This document shows, one piece after another, positions 1-7,905 of a stretch of DNA of 64,000 nucleotides. This stretch comes from an uncultured Enterobacteriaceae bacterium. Lineage in GTDB: Bacteria > Pseudomonadota > Gammaproteobacteria > Burkholderiales > SG8-39. The stretch spans positions 10,281 to 74,280 of the forward strand of contig CAYZFN010000228.1 of the NCBI GenBank assembly GCA_964477695.1, written 5' to 3'. A program made the position numbers and the translations under genes. Under the pieces are notes generated by a model. That model searched no databases and was not told where the DNA came from. It worked only from the letters and a program-made list of their open reading frames with translations. Position 1 is the stretch's first letter. Each line of letters opens with the position of its first letter.

Positions 1-1101
1 ACCGTGGACGACTTCATCGGCGAAGACGTTTCAGCGCTCGCGAGCGACGAAGCGCAGGCCGCGGGTCGGCGCGGACTGCGTGCGCTCGACGAGGTCGACG
101 AGGTATCGCTGGTGGCGGTGCCCGACATCCACATCCAGCCGGCGCCGCGGGTGCAGGAAGTCGTGGTTCCGCCGTGCATCCCGGATCCTTGCCTGCCGAC
201 GCCGGTGCTGCCGGCCACGCCGCAGCCGCGCAGCGTCGGCGATGCGCCACCGCTGTTCAGCGAGGACGAGATCTATCGCGTGCAGGCAGCCGCGGTGCAA
301 CTTTGCGAGGCGCGGCGCGACCGGATCGCGTTGCTCGATGCGCCGTTCGACGCATGCACCGGCGGCACGCTGCTCGCCGCCGCGCTGCAGAGCTGGCGCA
401 GCCGCTTCGATTCCGCCTTCGCCGCGCTGTACGCGCCCTGGGTCGGCGTGGTCGACCCGCTGCGCACGCGGCCCGGCCGCTCGCCGGATCGCCGCGCTCT
501 CACGCGGCTCGTTCCGCCGAGCGGCCACGTGGCCGGCACGTATGCGGCCACGGACGTCGCGCGCGGCGTGCACGTCGCGGCGGCGAACGAGCCGCTGGCA
601 TGGCTGCAGGACGTGTCGCTGGCGATCGACGAGGAGCGCCACGGCGTCCTCAATTCGCTGCAGGTCAACGTGATCCGCGCCCAGCCGGGACGCGGCCTGC
701 GGCTGCTCGGCGCGCGCACGCTCTCGTCCGATTCCGACTGGCGCTACGTCAACGTGCGCCGCCTGGTGTCGATGATCGGCAAAGCGCTCGGCACTTCGTT
801 GCAGTGGGCGGTGTTCGAGCCGAACGACTGGCGCACGCGCGCCAAGCTGGCGCTGGTCGCCGGCTCTTTCCTCGAGGAGCTGTGGCGGCGCGGCGCGCTG
901 GTCGGCGAGACCTCCGCGCAGGCGTATTTCCTGCGCTGCGACGACGGCAACAACCCGCCCGATGCACGCGCGCGCGGCGAGCTGCTGATGCAGATCGGCC
1001 TCGCGCCGAGCGTGCCGATGGAGTTCATCGTGGTGCGCATCGGCCGCGACGAGAACGGTCTCGCGCTGAGCGAGCAAGGCGCCCTGGGGGCCGCCGCCTA
1101 G
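1..1101 (+). CDS. Contractile-tail sheath protein, C-terminal ~366 aa (5' end lies upstream of the window)
   Basis: Frame 1 is open from nt 1 to TAG 1099-1101; the track's GTG at 4 is only the first start-like codon. The block LRLLGARTLSSDSDWRYVNVRRLVSMIGKAL..FEPND..TRAKL..FLEELWRRGAL..AYFLRCD matches the conserved sheath C-terminal domain of phage/eCIS sheaths as I recognise it. A tube gene follows 2 nt later. Confidence 0.85.
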   Translation, partial: TVDDFIGEDVSALASDEAQAAGRRGLRALDEVDEVSLVAVPDIHIQPAPRVQEVVVPPCIPDPCLPTPVLPATPQPRSVGDAPPLFSEDEIYRVQAAAVQLCEARRDRIALLDAPFDACTGGTLLAAALQSWRSRFDSAFAALYAPWVGVVDPLRTRPGRSPDRRALTRLVPPSGHVAGTYAATDVARGVHVAAANEPLAWLQDVSLAIDEERHGVLNSLQVNVIRAQPGRGLRLLGARTLSSDSDWRYVNVRRLVSMIGKALGTSLQWAVFEPNDWRTRAKLALVAGSFLEELWRRGALVGETSAQAYFLRCDDGNNPPDARARGELLMQIGLAPSVPMEFIVVRIGRDENGLALSEQGALGAAA

Positions 1102-1103
1102 CC

Positions 1104-1733
1104 ATGGCCCTCGTGCCCGACATCCTGCGAGCAGCCGGCGCGCCCGACGCGGCCGCGGCGCTGCGCGCCGACCCGCTGCTCTGCCACAACTTCATCGTCA
1201 GCGTGCTCGACTCGAGCAGCTCGCTCGCGGCCGGCATCGCGCTTTCCGCGGTCTCCGACGTGCTGCTCGGCGGCTTCGCCGAGTGCTCGGGCCTGGAGAT
1301 GACCATGAAGGTCGAGGAGTACAACGAGGGCGGCAACAACGGCGCGGTGCGCAAGTTTCCCGGCCGCATGAGCTGGGGCAACCTGGTCCTGAAGAAGGGC
1401 GTCGGCTCCTCCAGCGCCCTGTGGGACTGGGCCTACGGCTTCGCGATCGGCAAGGGCAAGCGCCGCGACGGCTTCGTCGTCCTCCTCACCGAGCTGCACG
1501 TGCCGAACAACATCTGGTACTTCCGCAACGGCCTGCCGCTCAAGTGGAGCGGGCCGTCGCTCAACGCGACGCAGAACAGCGTCGCCATCGAGTCGATGGA
1601 GATCTCGCACGAGGGCCTGTACCAGGTGCCGTTCGTCGGCGCCGCGAGCGGCCTCGCGGGGCTCGCCGCGGGCTCCATCGGCGGCGCGCTGCAGGCGGGC
1701 GTCGGTGCGGTGAGCGCGGCAGGGAATCTCTGA
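1104..1733 (+). CDS. Tail tube protein (T4 gp19-like; Afp1/Pvc1-type inner tube)
   Basis: ATG at 1104, in the frame of track ORF 174..1733. FAECSGLEMTMKVEEYNEGGNNG.VRKFPGRMSWGNLVLKKG and NATQNSVAIESMEISHEGL are typical of the conserved phage tail-region tube family. Sits directly after the sheath. Confidence 0.85.
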   Translation: MALVPDILRAAGAPDAAAALRADPLLCHNFIVSVLDSSSSLAAGIALSAVSDVLLGGFAECSGLEMTMKVEEYNEGGNNGAVRKFPGRMSWGNLVLKKGVGSSSALWDWAYGFAIGKGKRRDGFVVLLTELHVPNNIWYFRNGLPLKWSGPSLNATQNSVAIESMEISHEGLYQVPFVGAASGLAGLAAGSIGGALQAGVGAVSAAGNL

Positions 1734-1951
1734 TGCCCGAGCCGATGGAAGCCCGCGTCCGCGAGGCCACCGTGAACCTGAGCGCCGTGGACGGCGAATC
1801 GCTGCTCAGCCCGCAGCTCCTGGCCCGCGTCGTGTCGGCAGTGCTCGACGCGCTCGCCGCGCAGCGCGAAGGCGAGGCGAGCCGCCGGCGAGACACGCAC
1901 GTTCCGTGCGCTTGCCAGCACGGCGGCTGCGACGGCGGGGAGAGCGCCTGA
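1733..1951 (+). CDS. Small hypothetical protein (72 aa) inside the eCIS operon
   Basis: The ATG overlaps the tube stop (TGATG 1731-1735) and its own stop overlaps the next ATG (1949-1953). No recognisable domain; supported only by operon packing. Confidence 0.45.
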   Translation: MPEPMEARVREATVNLSAVDGESLLSPQLLARVVSAVLDALAAQREGEASRRRDTHVPCACQHGGCDGGESA

Positions 1952-2643
1952 TGCCGAACGCACGGATCCTCGTCTACTGGGACGGCCCGACCGCGACGCC
2001 GAAGGCTATCGACGTGCAGTACAACCCGGGCGAGTACACGCTCGACAAGCAGCTGCAGATCGGCGAAGCGACCATCCCCGGGCTCGACGCACCGCTGCAG
2101 CAGTTCGTACGCGGCAACGCCGAGAAGCTGACGCTCGACCTTTTCTGCGACACCACCGAGCACGGCATGGGCGAGAACGCGGTGAGCGTGACGACGGAGA
2201 CCGACAAGATCTTCCAGCTCATCCGCATCGACCCGGCGCGCCACGCGCCGCCGGTCCTCGCCTTCCTCTGGGGCCCGCAGTTCCCGGGCGGCAATATCGT
2301 TGTCGAGCAGGCGGGGCAGCGGCGCGAGGCGTTCCTGTGCGTGATGGAGAGCATCCGGCAGAAGTTCACCCTGTTCTCCCCGGACGGCGTACCGCTGCGC
2401 GCCACGCTCACCGTGTCGCTGCGCGAGTACCGCGATCTGGGCGACCAGTTCGCGCAGATCAAGCCCAGCTCGCCCGACCGCACGCACGTGCACGTGCTGC
2501 AGCAGGGCGACACGCTCGCCGCGGTGTCGCGGCGCTTCTACGACAGTCCCGCGCGCTGGCGGCCGATCGCCGACGCCAACCGCATCGAAGATCCGCGCCG
2601 CACGGCTCCCGGCGCGTTCGTACGCGTGCCGCCGCTCGACTAG
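1951..2643 (+). CDS. Tube-like N-terminal domain + C-terminal LysM protein (Afp7/Pvc7-like tube initiator/baseplate plug)
   Basis: ATG 1951. The C-terminal HVLQQGDTLAAVSRRFYDSPARWRPIADANRIEDP is a LysM motif. The N-terminal VQYNPGEYTLDK... resembles tube-fold proteins. Position between tube and hub fits. Confidence 0.8.
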   Translation: MPNARILVYWDGPTATPKAIDVQYNPGEYTLDKQLQIGEATIPGLDAPLQQFVRGNAEKLTLDLFCDTTEHGMGENAVSVTTETDKIFQLIRIDPARHAPPVLAFLWGPQFPGGNIVVEQAGQRREAFLCVMESIRQKFTLFSPDGVPLRATLTVSLREYRDLGDQFAQIKPSSPDRTHVHVLQQGDTLAAVSRRFYDSPARWRPIADANRIEDPRRTAPGAFVRVPPLD

Positions 2644-2645
2644 CC

Positions 2646-3878
2646 ATGCCTGCCGCCACGATCCTCGATGCCTCGCGCCGCTTCGGCGGGTTCTACGTGC
2701 CGCGCTTCGAGATCCGCGCCTCCGGGGCAGGCATCGACCCGGCCGTGCTGCGCGACGTCCTGCAGGTCACCTACAGCGACTCGACCACCGAGATCGACAG
2801 CTTCGACATGACGGTGAACAACTGGGACCCGCTGGCGCGCGAGTTCAAGTACGTGGGCGCCGAGCAGAAGAGCGCGCTCGGCGATACGCCCGCGCAGCGG
2901 CTGTTCAATCCGAACGCCGCGGAATTCGAGCTGCGCTTCGGCTACGGCGACGAGCTGCAGCCGGTGATGCGCGGCTTCACGGCCAGCCTCGAGCCTTCGT
3001 TCCCGTCGGGCGGCGCCTCGACGCTCACGGTGCGTGCGCTCAACGTATTGCACCGGCTGCGCACCAAGCAGAACCGCGATCACTGGCCGAACGACCGCGT
3101 GCCGCGCGGCGAGGTGAAGATCAGCCGCATCGCCGAGGACATCGGCTCGCGCCAGATCGGCGGCCGCCGCTTCCCGGTATCGGTGGCGACCGACGCGCAG
3201 GCAAAGGCGAAGGAGCCGGTGCTCGAGTACGTGGCGCAGAACAACCAGCACGACCTCGACTTCCTGCTCGAGTGGGCGCGGCACATGAGCTACGTCGTCT
3301 ACCTCGACCAGCGCACCTCGGGTGGCAAGACGCGCGAGGTGCTCTACTTCGGCCCTTCGCAGGCGCGCGGCGGCAGCGCGCCCGAGGAGGGCTACGAGCT
3401 CGAGTGGGGCAAGTCGCTCATCGACTTCACGCCCAAGCTCTCGACGGCGAACCAGCTCAGCGCAGTCGAGGTGCGCAGCCACGACCGCGAGACGAACAAG
3501 ACCATCCGCGAGCGGGCAACGCTGAACGACGTGCCCGTCAACAAGGACCTGCACGACATCGTGCGCGGCAGCGGCCCGCAGGCGTCCGACGCGAGCCGCG
3601 AGCACGTGATCACCGGCGAGCCGCAGCACGACGCGGCGCAGGCGCGCCGGCGCGCGCGCGACTTCCTGTCCGACCGGCTGAAGAAGCTCGTCGAGGCGAC
3701 CGGCACGACGATCGGGCTGCCCGACCTGCGCGCCGGCACGAAGGTGCGCATCGTCGGCCTCGGCGCGCGCTTCTCGGGGAGCTACCTGGTCACCAAGACC
3801 ACGCACAGCTTCGACGGCAACGGGTATCGCACCAAGTTCACCGCGCGGCGCGAGGCGTCGCTGAAAGGACAGGGATGA
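2646..3878 (+). CDS. Phage late control gene D-like baseplate hub (gp27/VgrG N-terminal-like)
   Basis: ATG 2646. FYVPRFEIRASG.. at the N-terminus and LPDLRAGTKVRIVGLGARFSGSYLVTKTTHSFDGNGYRTKFTARRE at the C-terminus are characteristic of the P2 gpD family. Confidence 0.8.
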   Translation: MPAATILDASRRFGGFYVPRFEIRASGAGIDPAVLRDVLQVTYSDSTTEIDSFDMTVNNWDPLAREFKYVGAEQKSALGDTPAQRLFNPNAAEFELRFGYGDELQPVMRGFTASLEPSFPSGGASTLTVRALNVLHRLRTKQNRDHWPNDRVPRGEVKISRIAEDIGSRQIGGRRFPVSVATDAQAKAKEPVLEYVAQNNQHDLDFLLEWARHMSYVVYLDQRTSGGKTREVLYFGPSQARGGSAPEEGYELEWGKSLIDFTPKLSTANQLSAVEVRSHDRETNKTIRERATLNDVPVNKDLHDIVRGSGPQASDASREHVITGEPQHDAAQARRRARDFLSDRLKKLVEATGTTIGLPDLRAGTKVRIVGLGARFSGSYLVTKTTHSFDGNGYRTKFTARREASLKGQG

Positions 3879-4669
3879 GACAGCCGGGCGTCGTGACGGG
3901 CGTAGTGAACAAGGTTGACGCGAAGCAGGGCCGCGTCATGGTCGAGTACCGCAACATCGAGGACCGGATGCTCTCGCCGTGGGCGTACATCGCCGCGCCG
4001 CTCTCGGGCAAAGGGCGCGGTGCGCTGTTCATGCCCGAAGAAGGCGACGAGGTGCTGGTGTGCTACGGCGACGAGGAGTTCGCGCGTCCCTATGTGGTCG
4101 GCTTCCTCTGGAACGGCGATCAGATCTCGCCCGAGACCGAGGCCAAGAACCGCGTCATCGTTACTCCGGGCGGGCACCAGCTGCGCTTCGAGGACAAGGA
4201 CAACGACAAGCGCGTGATCCTCAAGACCGACGGCAAGCACCAGCTGACGATGGACGACAAGAACAAGTCGGTGACCCTGGAGAGCGCCGGCCACCACAAG
4301 CTCGAGATCAAGGACAACGGCGGCACGGTCATCGTCACCACCCAGTCGGGCGGCAAGGTGACGCTCGAGGATTCGGGCAAGGCCACTGTGGAGGCCGGCC
4401 AGAACATCATTACCCTCGGTCCCGCCGGCATCACCATCCAGGCCAAGGCGGGAAAGATGAGCATCGAGTCGAGCGCACCCATGACGGTCCGCTCGAGCGC
4501 GGCGATGACCATCCAGGCCTCCGCCGCCGTGAATCTCACCGCCGGCGCCGCGCTCAACGTCAATGCCGCGCTCGCCAACTTCACCGGCGCGATCAAGTGC
4601 TCGGCGATCATCGCCCAGGCGGTGGTCGGTCTGATCTACTCGCCGAGCCGCGGCACGATCCTGCCATGA
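3875..4669 (+). CDS. gpV/gp5-like baseplate spike (OB-fold + beta-helix)
   Basis: ATG 3875 overlaps the hub stop (ATGA). GVVTGVV..VD..QGRVMVEY...SPWAYIAAPLSGKGRGALFMPEEGDEVLVCYGDEEFARPYVVGFLWNG is the gp5/gpV OB-fold signature. It is followed by short beta-helix-like repeats (HQLRFEDKDND, HQLTMDDKNKS, HKLEIKDNGG...). Confidence 0.85.
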   Translation: MRQPGVVTGVVNKVDAKQGRVMVEYRNIEDRMLSPWAYIAAPLSGKGRGALFMPEEGDEVLVCYGDEEFARPYVVGFLWNGDQISPETEAKNRVIVTPGGHQLRFEDKDNDKRVILKTDGKHQLTMDDKNKSVTLESAGHHKLEIKDNGGTVIVTTQSGGKVTLEDSGKATVEAGQNIITLGPAGITIQAKAGKMSIESSAPMTVRSSAAMTIQASAAVNLTAGAALNVNAALANFTGAIKCSAIIAQAVVGLIYSPSRGTILP

Positions 4670-5436
4670 CGCCGCTGACCGTCCCTCCGCCACGGCTCAG
4701 CTGGAAGGACGCCGGCGCGCCGCAGCTCGAGCAACAGGTCGACGTGAAGCTCGCCGCGCTGCGCTTCCCGGACGGCCTGGAAGCCACCGATGCCGAGATG
4801 CAGATCGTTGGCGCCTACGTCTATCGCACCGGCCCGGCCGGCGAGGAGCTGTGGAACGAGGCCGAGCAGCGCTGGGGCGCGGCGCCGGCCGACCTCACGG
4901 CGCTGCCGCCGCTGCCGTTCGTCTACAAGAAGGGCGACCCGCTGCCGTGGCAGGGGACGTTGATTGCCATCGGGCAGAAGGACAAGGACGGCAACGATCG
5001 CTTCGCGAAGGCCGTTGGCAACACGCCGCGCTATCGGTTGCGCGCCCATGGGCGCTTCACGCGCGACGGCGAGGATTACGCGGGGCTGAGCGCGCCCTCC
5101 GCCGACCTCGCCTTCGTCAGCGGCCTCGAGAACCAGCGCTTCAAGGTGAACATGGACCCGGACGATCCGCAGCAGGCGCAGGAGGTGACGCTGCTGCTCA
5201 GGAACTCGGCGCTCGCCTCCGCCGGCCAGGTGAAGATCACCACGAAGAACGGACAGGCGGTCGAGATCGCGAACTTCGACCCCGCCGGCAACCCGCTCGC
5301 CGCCGTGCAGCTCGCCGCCGATGGCTCGATCCATCTGAAGCCGGCGCCGGGACAGAAGATCGTGCTCGACGGCGACCTCGTGGCGCAGCACATCCGCTAC
5401 CTGCCCGCGGCCGGCGGCCCGGCGCTCGACCTCTGA
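4666..5436 (+). CDS. Hypothetical protein (256 aa) between spike and gp25
   Basis: ATG 4666 overlaps the spike stop (ATGA) and the gene ends 1 nt before the gp25 start. Codon usage matches the neighbours. No domain recognised and no PAAR motifs. Confidence 0.5.
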   Translation: MTPLTVPPPRLSWKDAGAPQLEQQVDVKLAALRFPDGLEATDAEMQIVGAYVYRTGPAGEELWNEAEQRWGAAPADLTALPPLPFVYKKGDPLPWQGTLIAIGQKDKDGNDRFAKAVGNTPRYRLRAHGRFTRDGEDYAGLSAPSADLAFVSGLENQRFKVNMDPDDPQQAQEVTLLLRNSALASAGQVKITTKNGQAVEIANFDPAGNPLAAVQLAADGSIHLKPAPGQKIVLDGDLVAQHIRYLPAAGGPALDL

Positions 5437-5437
5437 C

Positions 5438-5845
5438 ATGGACGCGCCGCTCAACCGCGAATTCCTCGGCATCGGCTGGCGCTTTCCGCTGCAGGTGACG
5501 CCCGACGGGCGCATCGCGCAATCGCGCTACGAGCAGAAGATCGAGGAATCGATCGTGCTCATCCTTTCGACCGCGCCCGGCGAGCGGCCGATGCTGCCCG
5601 ATTTCGGCTGCGGCATCCACGACTTCACCTTCGCGCCGAACGACAGCCGCACCGTCGCGCTGATCGTGCATCTCGTGCGCCAGGCGCTGACGCGCTACGA
5701 GCGGCGCGTCGATCTGCTCGACGTGGGCACCGAGGCGAGTCCCGAGGCGCCGAACCTGCTCCTCATCCGCGTCAACTACCGCGTGCGCGCGACCAACGCC
5801 ATCGGCAACCTGGTCTACCCCTTCTACATCAAGGAGAGCCGCTGA
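5438..5845 (+). CDS. GPW/gp25-family baseplate wedge protein
   Basis: 135 aa. GIGWRFPL..., IEESI.LILST.PGERPMLPDFGCGIHDF.F is the classic gp25/GPW lysozyme-like fold signature. Confidence 0.85.
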   Translation: MDAPLNREFLGIGWRFPLQVTPDGRIAQSRYEQKIEESIVLILSTAPGERPMLPDFGCGIHDFTFAPNDSRTVALIVHLVRQALTRYERRVDLLDVGTEASPEAPNLLLIRVNYRVRATNAIGNLVYPFYIKESR

Positions 5846-7905
5846 TGCCGCTGCGCGACGCATTCCCGGTTCTCGACGACCGAACCTACGACGACCTGGT
5901 CGCCGAGATCCGCGCGCGCGTCTCGCGCTACACGCCGGAATGGAAGCCGGCCTGGAACGACCTGAACGACAGCGACCCCGGCATCACGCTGGCGCAGGTG
6001 TTCGCCTGGCTCGGCGAGATGCTGCTCTACCGGATGAACCAGGTGCCGCAGCTCAACTACCTCAAGTTCCTCGAGCTGATCGGCATCGAGCTCGACCCGG
6101 CGCGCGCGGCGCGCGCCGACATCAGCTTCGCGGTGGCGCCGGACTGGACCGAGGACACGGTCGACGTGCCCGAGCGCACGCAGGTGAGCGCGAGCGGCGC
6201 CGACGGCAAGCCGGTCGTGTTCGAGACGCTGCGCCCGCTGCGCGCGATCGCGTGCGAGCTCAGGAGCGTGCAGGGCTACGACGGCGCCCAGCACCGCGAC
6301 GCTACGCCGCGCAACGCCGATCCGGGGCAGGGCTTCCAGCCCTTCGGCGAGCTGCCGCGCGAGGGGGGCGCATTGGTGCTCGGCTTCGCCCGGCAGGGCA
6401 AGCCGTTCCCCGCGGCGACTTTCGAGCTCGGCGTGTGGTGCCTGGACGGCGCATCGCCGCAGGACGGCACGAGCGCGCCACCGCGGGTACAGACCTGCGG
6501 CCCGATCGCCACGCGCGCCTATGCGCCGGCCAGCCTGCAGTGGGAAGGCTGGGACGGCGCGCGCTGGACGCCGATCGACCTGCTGAACGACGAGACGCTC
6601 GCTTTTACGCGGACCGGTTATGTGCGCCTGCGAATTCCGGCGAGCGCGAGCTTCGCGCCGGACTACGTCGGCACGTACGACCAGGGCGATAAGCTCTTCT
6701 GGCTGCGGGCACGCCTGGTGCGCGCGCAATACGAGCGGCCGCCGCTCGTGCTGGCCGTGCGCATCAACACGGTGCCGGCCGAGCAGGCGCAGACCGTGCT
6801 GAACGAGGTGCTCGGCGGCGCGAACGGTCAGCGCAACCAGAAATGGCAGCTCGCCAATGCGCCGGTCATCGCCGGCACCCTGAAGGTCGAGATCGACGAG
6901 GGGACCGACGAGCGCGCGTGGCAGGTGGTCGACGATCTCTTCGGCGCCGCGCCGAACACCCGGCAGCTCGCGCTCAACCGCGCGAGCGGCGAAGTGCTCG
7001 CCGGCGACGGCGAGAACGGCGCCATTCCGGCAGCCAACCCTTCGAACCCGGACGGCAACGTCGTGGCAGTGCAATACCGCTATGGCGGCGGCGCCGGCGG
7101 CAATGTGCCGGCGAAGGCGATCAAAAACCTGCTCACGGCGGTCGACGGCCTGGACGCAGGCAAGACCGAGAATCCGTTCCAGGCGAGCGGCGGGCTGGGC
7201 GAGGAGCTGCTCAGCGAAGCGGAGCGGCGCGCGCGCCTCTCGCTGCGCGCGCGCGAGCGCGCCGTGACGCCCGAGGATTTCGAGCTGCTTGCCGAGCAGG
7301 CCGGCAACGTGCGCCGCGCCAAGGCGCTGCCGCTCGCACATCCCCAGTTTCCTGATACCCAGGTGCCGGGCGCCATCACGGTCATCGTCGTGCCCGACGA
7401 CACGCCGCCGCAACCGCCGGGCGCAGCGCCCGCCGAGCCTACGCTGGAGGACCTGATCGGCGCGCCACCCACGCCGAGCGACGGCTTGCTGCGTACGGTC
7501 TGCGAATACCTGGACGCGCGGCGCCTGCTGACTACCGAGGTGTACGTGGTCGCGCCGGTTTACGTGCCGCTCAAGCTGTACGTGCAGGTCGTGGTCAAGG
7601 ACGACGCCGATCCGGGTGCGACGAAGCAGGCGGTGGAAATCGCGCTCGCCACGTACCTGCATCCGCTGAAAGGCGGCGACGACGGCGAGGGCTGGCCTTT
7701 CGGCGGCGCGCTGCGCTATTCGAAGATCGTGCAGCGCGCCTTCGTGGACGGCGTGGACAGCGTGCCGCAGCTCAAGCTCACGCTCGACGGCACGGAGCAG
7801 CCCGAGTGCCGCGACGTGCCGCTCAGGGCCCATGCGTTGCTCGACGTGGTGGAGCTCGAGGTGGAAACGCTCACGCTCGATGAATACGCGGAGACATCGC
7901 CTTGA
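5845..7905 (+). CDS. Baseplate J-like / gp6-like protein (Afp11-type)
   Basis: ATG overlaps the gp25 stop (TGATG 5843-5847). The N-terminus YDDLVAEIRARVSRYTPEWKPAWNDLNDSDPGITLAQVFAWLGEMLLYRMNQVP is typical of eCIS/phage baseplate J proteins. 686 aa. Confidence 0.85.
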   Translation: MPLRDAFPVLDDRTYDDLVAEIRARVSRYTPEWKPAWNDLNDSDPGITLAQVFAWLGEMLLYRMNQVPQLNYLKFLELIGIELDPARAARADISFAVAPDWTEDTVDVPERTQVSASGADGKPVVFETLRPLRAIACELRSVQGYDGAQHRDATPRNADPGQGFQPFGELPREGGALVLGFARQGKPFPAATFELGVWCLDGASPQDGTSAPPRVQTCGPIATRAYAPASLQWEGWDGARWTPIDLLNDETLAFTRTGYVRLRIPASASFAPDYVGTYDQGDKLFWLRARLVRAQYERPPLVLAVRINTVPAEQAQTVLNEVLGGANGQRNQKWQLANAPVIAGTLKVEIDEGTDERAWQVVDDLFGAAPNTRQLALNRASGEVLAGDGENGAIPAANPSNPDGNVVAVQYRYGGGAGGNVPAKAIKNLLTAVDGLDAGKTENPFQASGGLGEELLSEAERRARLSLRARERAVTPEDFELLAEQAGNVRRAKALPLAHPQFPDTQVPGAITVIVVPDDTPPQPPGAAPAEPTLEDLIGAPPTPSDGLLRTVCEYLDARRLLTTEVYVVAPVYVPLKLYVQVVVKDDADPGATKQAVEIALATYLHPLKGGDDGEGWPFGGALRYSKIVQRAFVDGVDSVPQLKLTLDGTEQPECRDVPLRAHALLDVVELEVETLTLDEYAETSP

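Noticed and set aside
31-1077. 348-aa ORF antisense to the sheath gene, plus the other overlapping alternative-frame ORFs in 14-1963.
   Set aside because: Translations are Arg/Ala/Gly/Pro-rich and low-complexity, typical of stop-poor non-coding frames in high-GC DNA. The + strand frames carry clear sheath and tube motifs.
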